From NCBI GenBank assembly GCA_045657165.1, contig JAZOSP010000071.1, positions 15,751 through 79,750 on the forward strand: a DNA stretch of 64,000 bases, written 5' to 3'. This DNA is from Eubacteriales bacterium. GTDB taxonomy: Bacteria > Bacillota > Clostridia > Oscillospirales > CAG-272. Numbering within the stretch: position 1 is the stretch's first letter; each line of letters opens with the position of its first letter. This document shows positions 48,644 to 57,703 of this stretch, piece after piece. The translations under genes and the position numbers were made by a program. A model generated the notes under the pieces. It was not told the DNA's origin, made no database searches, and saw only the letters and a list, made by a program, of their open reading frames with translations.

Positions 48644-49546
48644 TTACACTCCCAAAAATTCAATCTCACGCGTAAGAGCTATAGAGTAACGCTCCTCGAC
48701 ACGTTTTTTTATTTCACGGATAAGGTGCTTCACGTCCTTTGCCGTAGCACCACCCCAGTTCACTATAAAGCCTGCGTGCTTATGCGAAACCTCCGCGCCG
48801 CCGACGCGCAAGCCCTTTAAGCCGCACTTATCGATAAGCTCCGCGGCAGACACACCGAGAGGACGCTTAAACACGCTGCCGAGCGATGGAAAATCAATCG
48901 GCTGAGTTTCGGCACGACGCGCCTTACACTCGGCAATTCGCAGACGTATTTTTTCACTGTCCGCGCGCTTTAATTCGAGCGTTGCACCCAAAATAAGATA
49001 CGGAACGTGCTTGAATACGCTGTCACGGTATGAAAAGCTTAGCTGCGAGGGAAAAAGAGTCGTTTCATCAAGGGTGTCAAGTCTAAGCACCTTCACTGAT
49101 TTTACCAAATCCGCAGTTTCACGTGAAAACGCTCCAGCATTCCCTGCAACAAGACCGCCAACGCACCCCGGTATACCGACCAGCTCCTCGTAGCCCGATA
49201 GTCCAAGCGATGTAAGTGCGCCCGTTACCCCTCGCAGCGTAGTACCCGAGGATAGGTAAACCTCATTGTCGCTTATGATAAGCCGTTTAACCCCATCAGT
49301 GCGAACAATAACACCCCGATAAGGGTCATCTGTCGGCAAAATATTCGACATTTTACCGATTATCTTGAATCTGATTTTATTTTTCCGAAGAAACCTCACC
49401 ACAAGTGCAAGCTTTTCCTCACTGTCCGGGCATGCAGCTACGTCGCAGGTGCCGCCAATCCTGATGGTTGTGAGGCGCGACATGGGGTGATTTTCCGAGT
49501 ATTTGACGTCGTTTGCTTTGAAAAAATCCAAAACAAAGCTATTCAT
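48644..49546 (-). CDS. murB: UDP-N-acetylenolpyruvoylglucosamine reductase MurB
   Basis: The FAD-binding region contains LTTIRIGG, GAGSN is replaced by GNAGAF, and the C-terminal region reads LGSVFKRP...GGAEVSHKHAGFIVN. Confidence 0.9.
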   Translation of the reverse strand: MNSFVLDFFKANDVKYSENHPMSRLTTIRIGGTCDVAACPDSEEKLALVVRFLRKNKIRFKIIGKMSNILPTDDPYRGVIVRTDGVKRLIISDNEVYLSSGTTLRGVTGALTSLGLSGYEELVGIPGCVGGLVAGNAGAFSRETADLVKSVKVLRLDTLDETTLFPSQLSFSYRDSVFKHVPYLILGATLELKRADSEKIRLRIAECKARRAETQPIDFPSLGSVFKRPLGVSAAELIDKCGLKGLRVGGAEVSHKHAGFIVNWGGATAKDVKHLIREIKKRVEERYSIALTREIEFLGV

Positions 49547-49554
49547 CTATACCT

Positions 49555-51252
49555 CTAAGTTAAGTATTCGCTTTTTTCCCTCAACATATCCTCTGCCGCG
49601 GCACGCTGAGAGTCTGTGACGTCGATACCTCCGAGAATTCGCGAGAGCTCGGTGATTCTACCGCTTGTATCAAGCTCTCTTACGCTCGTCTCGGTAGCAC
49701 CGTCAACGTCGCGCTTGCTGATGAGGAAATGCTTATCGCCGAGCGAAGCGATTTGCGCACTGTGAGTTACCGAGAAAAGCTGCGTGCTTCTTGAGAGAAG
49801 AAGCAGCTTAATTCCGATTTTTCTCGCGGTTTTGCCCGAGACGCCCGTGTCGATTTCGTCGTATATAACGGTAGGCACGCCGTCCTTATCTGCTATGACG
49901 CTCTTGAGTGCGAGCATAATACGCGACATTTCACCGCCCGATGCAATTTTCGAAAGCGGCTGTGCTTCGGCGCCTCTGTTGGCACTGATATAAAATTCCA
50001 CTCTGTCGTAGCCGTCCTTGGTGAGAAGCTTATCCTCTCCGTCGCGCTCCTCTGTGAGCGACGTGAAGAAGACCACCTTTGGCATATCGAGAAATTCAAG
50101 CGTTTCTCTCACCTTCACCTCAAGCTCGCCTGCTGCGGCTACTCGCCTGTCGTGAAGCTCTGTAGCAACCGAGAGCGCCGCCCTGTATGCGGCTCGCTCG
50201 CGCAGTGTAAGATTTTTTATAACGTCCTCGGAGTTTTCGAGAGCTTCAAGCTCCCTTGCGGCCCGCTCCCTGAAATTAAGCACGTCAGCAACGGTAAGCC
50301 CGTACTTGCGCTTAATTTTTGATATCTTATCGAGCCGTGATTCTATTTTATTAAGCGCCTCCGTGGGGTCGCCCGCAGTGTCGGCAACTACCGTATAAAC
50401 CTCCTCTGCGATATCCTCAACCTGATAAAGGGTGTCGCGCAGGCGCGTAGCATACTCCTCATATTCCGGAATAACGTCAGTGAGCTGAGAGAGAGCCGTT
50501 ATGCTCCTGTCGATAAGATATGCAACGCTCCCCTTTTCGCTACCGCGAAGCGCACGGTAAACAAATTCAGAGTTTTTTGCTATTTTTTCACTGTTCTTTA
50601 GCTTGATTCTCTTCTCGACAAGCTCGTCCTCCTCGCCATCCTTAAGGGCAAGTGAATCTATATCCTTAATCTGATAAGCTAAAATTTCCTTGAGCCTTTC
50701 GCTCTCGTGAGCTTTTTCGTTTATCTCGCGTATTTCTCTTCTTACTTTTTCAAGCTCGGAGTAAGCTTTTGCGTATTTTTCAATGAGGTCGAAGTTATCG
50801 GCGTAAACGTCGATAAGCTCAAGATGGCTGCGGGCCTCAGTGAGTGCTGAAGTATCGCTCTGCGCGTGCACCGTTATGAGAAAGGGGCTTATTGCCTTGA
50901 GAAGCGAGAGACTGACTGCCCTGCCGTTAACGGTAATTTTAGAGCGGCCATCCTGTGATACAGTCCTCTGCACGAGAAGCGACCCGTCCTCGTCAACCTC
51001 TACGCCCACCTCTGAGAGTCGCTCAAGAGTCGTGCGCGAAAGCTCGCCAAAAAGACCGCTGACCATAGCGGTGGCGGCTCCCGTCCTTATAAGCTCCCTG
51101 TCTGCCTTGGCACCGAGGAGCAAATTTATACTGTCGATTACTACCGATTTTCCGGCACCCGTCTCACCTGTGAGAACAGTAAAGCCCTCGGAAAACTCAA
51201 AATCGACACTTTTTATAACAGCAATATTCTCTATGTGCAAGGATAGCAGCAT
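49555..51252 (-). CDS. recN: DNA repair protein RecN
   Basis: It starts MLLSLHIENIAVI with Walker A GETGAGKS. A long coiled-coil follows, with the C-terminal signature ASGGEMSRIMLA and DEIDTGVSG. Confidence 0.95.
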   Translation of the reverse strand: MLLSLHIENIAVIKSVDFEFSEGFTVLTGETGAGKSVVIDSINLLLGAKADRELIRTGAATAMVSGLFGELSRTTLERLSEVGVEVDEDGSLLVQRTVSQDGRSKITVNGRAVSLSLLKAISPFLITVHAQSDTSALTEARSHLELIDVYADNFDLIEKYAKAYSELEKVRREIREINEKAHESERLKEILAYQIKDIDSLALKDGEEDELVEKRIKLKNSEKIAKNSEFVYRALRGSEKGSVAYLIDRSITALSQLTDVIPEYEEYATRLRDTLYQVEDIAEEVYTVVADTAGDPTEALNKIESRLDKISKIKRKYGLTVADVLNFRERAARELEALENSEDVIKNLTLRERAAYRAALSVATELHDRRVAAAGELEVKVRETLEFLDMPKVVFFTSLTEERDGEDKLLTKDGYDRVEFYISANRGAEAQPLSKIASGGEMSRIMLALKSVIADKDGVPTVIYDEIDTGVSGKTARKIGIKLLLLSRSTQLFSVTHSAQIASLGDKHFLISKRDVDGATETSVRELDTSGRITELSRILGGIDVTDSQRAAAEDMLREKSEYLT

Positions 51253-51276
51253 AGCAGAGCCTCCGTTAAAATGAAT

Positions 51277-51735
51277 TTATTTTTGCAAGCCGAAAGCAAC
51301 CTTTAACTCCTCCTCGGTCTTGAGGGCGAGCTCACTGTTTTTAATGACAAGAAGAATGTTATCGTCACCCGCAACGCTACCGACAATTTCCGGCAACCGT
51401 AAGGAGTCTATGCAAACCGCCACCGCATTTGCCATACCCGCATAAGTTTTGACTACTACAATATTTTCCGCAGCCTCTATCCTTGTGACCGACTCGGTGA
51501 GCGCCGAGCTAAGCACGGGCGCGCCGGACGAAACCCTTGCGTCCGGCGACACGTACTTATACGTGCCTCGCGGTGTTATTCCTTTAACTAAGTTAAGCTG
51601 GCGTATATCTCTTGAGACTGTAGTTTGCGTAACGGTAAAGCCCACCTCTGCAAGGCGCTTAATCAAAGCCTCCTGAGTATCGATATCGTACGCCTCAATA
51701 AGCTCAAGTATCTTTTTCTGTCTTGCGTTTTTCAT
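51277..51735 (-). CDS. argR: arginine repressor ArgR/AhrC
   Basis: The winged-helix N-terminus reads RQKKILELI...VTQTTVSRDIRQL. The C-terminal oligomerisation domain contains GTVAGDDNI-like SVAGDDNIL. Confidence 0.9.
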   Translation of the reverse strand: MKNARQKKILELIEAYDIDTQEALIKRLAEVGFTVTQTTVSRDIRQLNLVKGITPRGTYKYVSPDARVSSGAPVLSSALTESVTRIEAAENIVVVKTYAGMANAVAVCIDSLRLPEIVGSVAGDDNILLVIKNSELALKTEEELKVAFGLQK

Positions 51736-51757
51736 CAGTCATCCCTTTCCGTCTTTG

Positions 51758-52588
51758 TCAGGCCAGCTCCTCAAGAAGCTTCATCTTCTTGAAAAGGGTT
51801 TCAAACATATTATTTTCTGAGAACGTGAGCATTGAAAGCCCGACTGCGCTCTTGCTAACCGTGCAGCACTCACCGCCAAGCAGCTCTGAAAAAAGACGTC
51901 CGTCAACACTTACCTTTAATTCCGAGCTGCCTTCATTGATAATTTTAATTTTTTCGTTTTCTCCGTAAATTATTGAGCGGTTGAAAAATGTGTGAGGACA
52001 TACGGGGGTAACTATAATTGAATTCAAGCTGTGGTCAACGATAGGACCTCCTGCGGAAAGCGAGTAAGCGGTCGAGCCCGCCGGCGTCGCCGCAATAATT
52101 CCGTCACAGCGGTACTTAACTGCGTCCCCTCTGCCGTTTTCTACTATAATATCCGAGATTCCGAGATAGTCGCCGTGGGATATAACGATGTCGTTCAAGG
52201 CGAGCCTTGAGGAACGCTCTACGCCGTCATTATGGTTACACTCGACCGAAAGCAGCATTTTTTCCTCAATGCTATATTCTCCCGTGACGAGTCTGTCGAG
52301 CAGTGATATATCAGGCGGCTCAAGCTCACTGAGGTATCCAACCTTGCCGAGATTTATTCCAAGTAGCGGAACACCGAGCTCAACAGCATACACAGAGGCG
52401 TCGATAACCGAGCCGTCGCCGCCGATTACGATAATCAAGTCTACGTCCGAATGCGTTGCCGTTGATATTAGGGGCTTTTCCTGAACAATCGTTCTGATTC
52501 CAAGGCTTTTTAGCTTTTCAACAACTCTATCGGTCATTTTAAGTCCGATATCCTTAGAGGGATTCGGGATTAAAAGTATATTTTTCAT
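51758..52588 (-). CDS. nadK: NAD kinase
   Basis: It has the GGDGS motif (VIGGDGSVI), NLGKVGYL and TPAGSTAYSLSAGGP. Confidence 0.9.
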   Translation of the reverse strand: MKNILLIPNPSKDIGLKMTDRVVEKLKSLGIRTIVQEKPLISTATHSDVDLIIVIGGDGSVIDASVYAVELGVPLLGINLGKVGYLSELEPPDISLLDRLVTGEYSIEEKMLLSVECNHNDGVERSSRLALNDIVISHGDYLGISDIIVENGRGDAVKYRCDGIIAATPAGSTAYSLSAGGPIVDHSLNSIIVTPVCPHTFFNRSIIYGENEKIKIINEGSSELKVSVDGRLFSELLGGECCTVSKSAVGLSMLTFSENNMFETLFKKMKLLEELA

Positions 52589-52594
52589 ATTGCT

Positions 52595-53335
52595 TCACCG
52601 TTTTTTGAAATGTGCAAGAAATTCTACGTTGCCGTCACCGCCTAGAATAGGGGAACGAACAAGTCCCAAATTAACAAATCCTATCTCACGTGCAAAATCT
52701 AGAACGCGCCTCACCGCAGCGTCGCGCGCCACCTCGTCACGGACTATCCCGCCCTTTCCGAGTCCTGCACGTCCTACCTCGAACTGAGGCTTGATAAGAC
52801 AGACAAAATCCCCACCCGGAGCGAGAACCTCCATCACCGCAGGCATTATGTAGGTAGCGGAAATAAAGGATACGTCCATCACTGCAAGGTCTGGCGTGTA
52901 GTCCAAATCCTCACGCTTCATATATCTCGCGTTATATCCCTCAACCGAGGTGACACGTCCGTCAAGCCGCAAGGACTCGGCAAGCTGACCTGTGCCCGAG
53001 TCGACCGCGATTACGTGGGCGGCGCCGTGCGAAAGCAGGCAATCGGTAAATCCGCCGCTTGAGGCGCCGACGTCGAGAGCAAGTCTATCCTTAGGGTCGA
53101 CAGAAAACTCTCGGAGAGCTGCCTCAAGCTTCAAGCCGCCGCGGCTTGCAAATCTCTTCCCTGCGCTCTCGACCCTGACATCATTTGAATTACCGTCTAC
53201 CTCATACGAGGGCTTCATCACGGTTTTTCCACATACCGAAACCGCGCCCTCGAGAATAAGAGACTTTGCCTCGGTGCGGCTTGCCGCAAGACCGCTAGCA
53301 AAGAGGTAAACGTCAAGTCTCATCTTTTGAGCCAT
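52595..53335 (-). CDS. tlyA: TlyA-family rRNA (cytidine-2'-O)-methyltransferase
   Basis: The S4-like N-terminus is MAQKMRLDVYL and the FtsJ-type SAM motif is LDVGASSGGFTDCLL. The start is chosen by N-terminal alignment to YqxC/TlyA proteins, and it overlaps the xseB end. Confidence 0.85.
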   Translation of the reverse strand: MAQKMRLDVYLFASGLAASRTEAKSLILEGAVSVCGKTVMKPSYEVDGNSNDVRVESAGKRFASRGGLKLEAALREFSVDPKDRLALDVGASSGGFTDCLLSHGAAHVIAVDSGTGQLAESLRLDGRVTSVEGYNARYMKREDLDYTPDLAVMDVSFISATYIMPAVMEVLAPGGDFVCLIKPQFEVGRAGLGKGGIVRDEVARDAAVRRVLDFAREIGFVNLGLVRSPILGGDGNVEFLAHFKKR

Positions 53336-53552
53336 CAAACGGAAGGTCGGTAACAGTACCGTCAGTGCCCTCTGTGAGTATGCGCACACGCCTTTCGGCT
53401 TCCTCGAGGCGCTCGTTACAAACCTTCACGAGAGCTACCGCCTCTTCGAATGCCGCAAGCGATTCATCAAGCGGAATATTGCCTGATTCGAGCAGCTTTA
53501 CCTTCTCCTCGAGCTTTTCCATCGCTTCCTCAAACTTCGGTTTATTCTTCAT
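53313..53552 (-). CDS. xseB: exodeoxyribonuclease VII small subunit
   Basis: The protein is 79 aa. FEEAMEKLEEKVKLLESGNIPLDESLAAFEEAVAL is the canonical XseB helix pair. Confidence 0.9.
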   Translation of the reverse strand: MKNKPKFEEAMEKLEEKVKLLESGNIPLDESLAAFEEAVALVKVCNERLEEAERRVRILTEGTDGTVTDLPFDGSKDET

Positions 53553-54807
53553 TGCTTTTTCCTTTCTTAAAGGAGCCTTTATACTTTGTTTCTGTGCTGA
53601 GCACCTCTGCCGTTATACTGCCGTCTGCCAAGCGAATAGTCAGCTCGTCACCTATCGAAGCGTCGCCTGCCGACATTATCGGCGACGAGCCAAGCTCGGC
53701 TATCGCGTAGCCGCGCGCAAGAACGCTGAGCGGACTGAGCGCCCCGAGCTTTTCCGAATTCACGGCAAGACGCACACGCGCACTGTCGAGATTTTTCTCG
53801 AGCGCTGAGCGTGCATTATCGTAAAGCGTAAGCATTGCCTCGCGCTTCTCGGCAAGAATAGAGCCGACACGCTCGGGCGACAAGCGCTCTGCATATCGAG
53901 ACAGGCGCTCACGCGCACGCTCTGCCGAACGCACAAGGGCAACCGCCGCACGTTCAAGAAGCGAGTCCGCGCGCAAAAGCAGCTCTCTTACGTCCGGCAC
54001 TGCAAGCTCTGCCGCCGCAGACGGTGTCGGAGCGCGCAAGTCGGCTACGAAATCGCAGATAGTAAAATCGGTTTCATGCCCGACTGCCGAAATAATCGGG
54101 GTGCGGCATTCGTAAATTTTTCTTGCCAGCCTCTCGCCGTTAAACGCCCACAAATCCTCAATCGAGCCGCCGCCGCGGCCTATTATAATGACGTCGGCAA
54201 GACCCGTTTTATCAAAATAATCAAGCGCCGAAATGAGATTATCCTCTGCACCGTCCCCCTGCACGAGTGATGGGTAAAGATAAATATCGGCAAGCGGATA
54301 ACGCCTTCCCGTTACGTTTATGATGTCACGCACCGCAGCGCCCGTCGGCGAGGTTATGACACCGATACGACGAGGCATTTGCGGTATTGTTTTTTTATGC
54401 TCTTTGTCGAAGAGCCCCTCGTCGGAAAGCCGCGACTTCAACTGCTCGTAAGCGAGATAGAGCGCACCTATTCCGTCGGGCTGGAGCGTTGAGACGTATA
54501 GCTGATACGAGCCGTCGCGCGGATAAACAGTGACCGAGCCGTGCGCAATAACCCGCATTCCCGACTCGGGGATAAACTTAAGCCTCGCAACCGCTGATCT
54601 GAACATTACCGCGCGTATCTGCCCCACACTGTCCTTTAAGGAAAAGTAAAGGTGACCGCTTCTGTGATTTGTGAAATTTGATATCTCGCCCTTTACCGTT
54701 ACGGCAGAAAGCGTCCTATTATTTTCAAAGAGTGTTTTGATATATCCGTTAAGCTCGGACACCGAAAGAACGCCCAAACCACGCTCTCTAAATGAATTAA
54801 TATCCAT
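53542..54807 (-). CDS. xseA: exodeoxyribonuclease VII large subunit
   Basis: The OB domain reads LSVSELNGYIKTLFE...GEISNFTNHRSGHLYFSLKD, with GRGGGSIEDLWAFN present. The start is taken at the ATG at 54807, just after the upstream gene's stop. The track ORF is over-extended. Confidence 0.9.
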   Translation of the reverse strand: MDINSFRERGLGVLSVSELNGYIKTLFENNRTLSAVTVKGEISNFTNHRSGHLYFSLKDSVGQIRAVMFRSAVARLKFIPESGMRVIAHGSVTVYPRDGSYQLYVSTLQPDGIGALYLAYEQLKSRLSDEGLFDKEHKKTIPQMPRRIGVITSPTGAAVRDIINVTGRRYPLADIYLYPSLVQGDGAEDNLISALDYFDKTGLADVIIIGRGGGSIEDLWAFNGERLARKIYECRTPIISAVGHETDFTICDFVADLRAPTPSAAAELAVPDVRELLLRADSLLERAAVALVRSAERARERLSRYAERLSPERVGSILAEKREAMLTLYDNARSALEKNLDSARVRLAVNSEKLGALSPLSVLARGYAIAELGSSPIMSAGDASIGDELTIRLADGSITAEVLSTETKYKGSFKKGKSNEE

Positions 54808-54808
54808 A

Positions 54809-55762
54809 TCATTCTCCGGACAGATATGAGCGTAATGCAAGCGCTGCGCAGCCGACCGCGTTATCTGCCGACATCGCGGGCTCTGCAAACGCTGCATCAA
54901 ATTTTTCCGAAATCATTTGCTTTATAATCGAGTTTGACATAACTCCGCCGGCGTATACAAATGGGCTTTTACCGAATTTCTCCTCATATGCCTCACTCAT
55001 AGCAATAATTGCTCTTCCAATGCTATCGAGCACAAATGCGGCGACGAGCTGCCTATCGCCCGTTTCTTCATAGAGCCTTTCAGCCTGATTTTCAAGTCCC
55101 GAGAGGTTAGCCTCCGTGCCGTTTACAGAAATTTTCTTTTTGGGCACAGAAGCCTTATTGTCCTTTGCAAGCCTCTCCATATGCACTCCGGCAGGAAACG
55201 GCAGTCCCATACGAACTCCTACCCTATCAATTATCTGCCCTGCGTTAAGGTCACGGGTTCCTCCGACAAGCTCGGTGTTAAAGCCACCCGCGCACGGCGA
55301 AACGGATAAAAGCTCGGTCGTTCCGCCCGATACGTGAAACGCCGCGAAGGAACGTGAAAGAAGCTCCTTTCGTCCCGACGAATAAACAGCCGCCATAACG
55401 TGTCCGCACTGATGTGAGAAGCGAAAAAGAGGTACGCCGAGTGCAGCCGACACCGCCTCGGCGACCGACACACCGACAAGAAAGCACGGCATATAAGAGC
55501 CCACCACGTTTCGGGGTCTGTCGCTCACACCGACGGCGCAAATCTCGCGACCGTCTATATAATCGCGCGCCTCTCTCATTATCTCGGGCAGATTTACCGT
55601 GTGCGAGAACACGGCGTCCGATTGTCTCAGTCCTCGCTCGCCCTCTTTTACGGGAAGCGGGCACTTGAGATTGGCAACAAGCCCCCCCTCGGTGTCAAGA
55701 ATTGCGACCGAGGTCGTGTAATTGCTGGTGTCTATGCCCAGCACGAGTTTCGTATCAGCCAT
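54809..55762 (-). CDS. TsaD/Kae1-like ASKHA-fold protein (uncharacterised paralogue family; 'peptidase M22/glycoprotease' type)
   Basis: LGIDTSNYTTSVAI corresponds to TsaD GIETSCDETS, and the HxxxH metal motif is SHQCGH. GGTTEL and GGVMSNS are present. SADNAVG corresponds to the TsaD CTDNAAM Asp ligand. The TsaD GGVVPE segment is replaced. Confidence 0.65.
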   Translation of the reverse strand: MADTKLVLGIDTSNYTTSVAILDTEGGLVANLKCPLPVKEGERGLRQSDAVFSHTVNLPEIMREARDYIDGREICAVGVSDRPRNVVGSYMPCFLVGVSVAEAVSAALGVPLFRFSHQCGHVMAAVYSSGRKELLSRSFAAFHVSGGTTELLSVSPCAGGFNTELVGGTRDLNAGQIIDRVGVRMGLPFPAGVHMERLAKDNKASVPKKKISVNGTEANLSGLENQAERLYEETGDRQLVAAFVLDSIGRAIIAMSEAYEEKFGKSPFVYAGGVMSNSIIKQMISEKFDAAFAEPAMSADNAVGCAALALRSYLSGE

Positions 55763-56162
55763 TTTGGGCGAGTGACTGCGAAACGGCGTGAAGAACGCCG
55801 TTTACAAAGCCATAGGACTTTTCATCGTCGTATTTTTTCGAAAGCTCTACCGCCTCGTTAATGGAAACTCTTGCGGGTATATCCTCCATAAAGAGCATTT
55901 CGTAAACAGCGAGGCGGATAAGAGCCGTCGAGGCAGGCGATACTCTTTCCTTTTTCCAGCCGCAAAGGTGAGGCTCTGCGGTTTCCTCTATCAGCTTGAG
56001 ATTTTCAGCCACGCCGAAGAATACCCTTTTCACGTAATCGTCAAATTCAAGTCCTCGGATATCAACCGCCTTTCTGAAAATTTCCTCAGCGGTTTCATCG
56101 GTCTTACACACGCTCTCAAATATAAGGAGGAAGGTATTTTCCCTTGCTGTCTTTCTTTGCAT
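55755..56162 (-). CDS. nusB: transcription antitermination factor NusB
   Basis: The protein is 135 aa. It has RKTARENTFLLIFE, ALIRLAVYEMLF and VSINEAVELSKKY. Confidence 0.9.
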   Translation of the reverse strand: MQRKTARENTFLLIFESVCKTDETAEEIFRKAVDIRGLEFDDYVKRVFFGVAENLKLIEETAEPHLCGWKKERVSPASTALIRLAVYEMLFMEDIPARVSINEAVELSKKYDDEKSYGFVNGVLHAVSQSLAQNG

Positions 56163-56198
56163 ATCGAGTTCCCCAATCTAAAATAAATTATTATATGT

Positions 56199-56227
56199 AT
56201 TATACATTTTTTTAAGGTAAATGTCAA
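56199..56227 (-). promoter_or_regulatory. consensus sigma-A promoter upstream of nusB operon
   Basis: The minus strand reads a perfect TTGACA (56227-56222), a 17-nt spacer, then TATAAT (56204-56199). Confidence 0.65.
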
Positions 56228-56307
56228 TCGTTTTGACGAATAAAGTCACGCCCGAATGAATTTTTATTTGCTTTCGCGATAAAAGTAACAAAATTACCGA
56301 CTAAAGG

Positions 56308-56336
56308 TTGACATTTTTCGCTTTCTGCGGTATAAT
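56308..56336 (+). promoter_or_regulatory. consensus sigma-A promoter upstream of membrane protein-DUF951-ruvAB operon
   Basis: Perfect TTGACA (56308-56313), a 17-nt spacer, then TATAAT (56331-56336). Confidence 0.65.
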
Positions 56337-56379
56337 TTTATTGTTAATTACACGTTTGTCAAGGAGTGTGTCGCCTAAT

Positions 56380-56847
56380 ATGAAGAAAATCGAGGGTATA
56401 TTACTTCGCGCCTGCGGCTTCGCGGTTGCGATTCTCATACTGCTTTATCTTTTTGCCGTTGCAACGAGCTTCATTGGCCCGGCAATCGGCTTCCCGATGT
56501 TTCTTATAATTCTTGCCTTCGGACTCATTATATCGGTTGCCAACCTCATTTTCAGCGTAAAATCCATAAAGCTGCCCTTTCGCGTTGCTATACATTTTGC
56601 CGTGCTTCTCGTGGCATTTTGCATAATCTTTGTTTATTCGGGAAATCTCACAGCAGGCGGTGACGCCGCTGTATTCACGGCGATATCAATTTTTATCTTC
56701 CTTTACGCGTTGATTTTCACGCTGACGTATTTCATAAAGCGCGCTATAAGCGCGGCTGACAGCCGCCTTGAGGCGACTAAACGTGCTGCGGCAGAAAAAG
56801 GCAGCGAGAAAGAAAAAAAGCCCGGCTATCAGCCGCGCTACAAATAA
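56380..56847 (+). CDS. hypothetical 4-TM membrane protein
   Basis: The ATG at 56380 lies downstream of a perfect TTGACA-17-TATAAT promoter and an AAGGAG RBS. It has four hydrophobic segments and a basic/acidic C-terminal tail. No family was recognised. Confidence 0.5.
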   Translation: MKKIEGILLRACGFAVAILILLYLFAVATSFIGPAIGFPMFLIILAFGLIISVANLIFSVKSIKLPFRVAIHFAVLLVAFCIIFVYSGNLTAGGDAAVFTAISIFIFLYALIFTLTYFIKRAISAADSRLEATKRAAAEKGSEKEKKPGYQPRYK

Positions 56848-56851
56848 AAAT

Positions 56852-57067
56852 ATGCAGATTCTCAAAATTTGCGTTGGTGACGTGCTTATAATGAAAAAAA
56901 AGCACCCCTGCAGCTCCGACACATTCACCGTTCTAAGACTCGGAAGTGACGTGAAAATACGTTGCACGGGCTGCGGGAGAGACCTGACCGTTGAACGGGA
57001 AAAGCTTGAAAAAATGATAAAAAATGTCGTCGCGGCGAAGGACGGTACCGCGACGGCGAAAGGATAA
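56852..57067 (+). CDS. DUF951-family small zinc-ribbon-like protein
   Basis: MQILKICVGDVLIMKKKHPCSSDTFTVLRLGSDVKIRCTGCGRDLTVEREKLEK matches my recollection of the DUF951 (YyzM-like) pattern. The ATG lies 5 nt after the previous stop, and its stop abuts the ruvA ATG. Confidence 0.65.
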   Translation: MQILKICVGDVLIMKKKHPCSSDTFTVLRLGSDVKIRCTGCGRDLTVEREKLEKMIKNVVAAKDGTATAKG

Positions 57068-57682
57068 ATGATGTTCTATTACTTAAACGGCAAGCTCGCT
57101 TACAGAGATTTAACAAGCTGCGTTATTGACTGCGGCGGTGTCGGCTATAAGCTCACTGTAAGTCAGATAACGTCCGATTCGCTCGCGGGCAAGCTTGACA
57201 AAGAGGTCAGGCTTTTCACTCACCTTGCCGTGCGTGAGGACGGGGTCGAGCTATTCGGCTTTGGATCAGATAGCGAGCGCGAGTGCTTTAATCGTCTTAC
57301 GAGCGTCAGCGGCATAGGTCCAAAGGTCGCTATGAGCATACTTTCAACCATGACACCCGAAAAGCTGGCAATAGCAATCTCAACAGAGGACGTAAAGCTG
57401 ATTGCAAAGACTCCGGGTATCGGTGCCAAAACCGCAGCGCGTATTGTTCTTGAGCTTCGCGACAAGGTAGCAAAGGATATGCTTTCCATGCCCACAGATA
57501 GCAGAAATCTTAACACGCCCCCCGTCATTTCGCTTAAATCTCCGAGTCTTTCCGAGGCCGTCGAGGCGCTTATGGTTCTCGGCTATGATAAAAACAGCGT
57601 TATGGGTGCCGTAGCCGGACTTGACCCGAGCGGTGACGTTGGCGACATCATTAAGGCTGCGCTTAAAAAGCTCGCACGATAA
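57068..57682 (+). CDS. ruvA: Holliday junction branch migration complex subunit RuvA
   Basis: It has GGVGYKL, the HhH motifs LTSVSGIGPKVA and KTPGIGAKTAARI, and C-terminal domain III. Confidence 0.95.
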   Translation: MMFYYLNGKLAYRDLTSCVIDCGGVGYKLTVSQITSDSLAGKLDKEVRLFTHLAVREDGVELFGFGSDSERECFNRLTSVSGIGPKVAMSILSTMTPEKLAIAISTEDVKLIAKTPGIGAKTAARIVLELRDKVAKDMLSMPTDSRNLNTPPVISLKSPSLSEAVEALMVLGYDKNSVMGAVAGLDPSGDVGDIIKAALKKLAR

Positions 57683-57703
57683 TCCTCGATAGGAGACAAT
57701 GCT

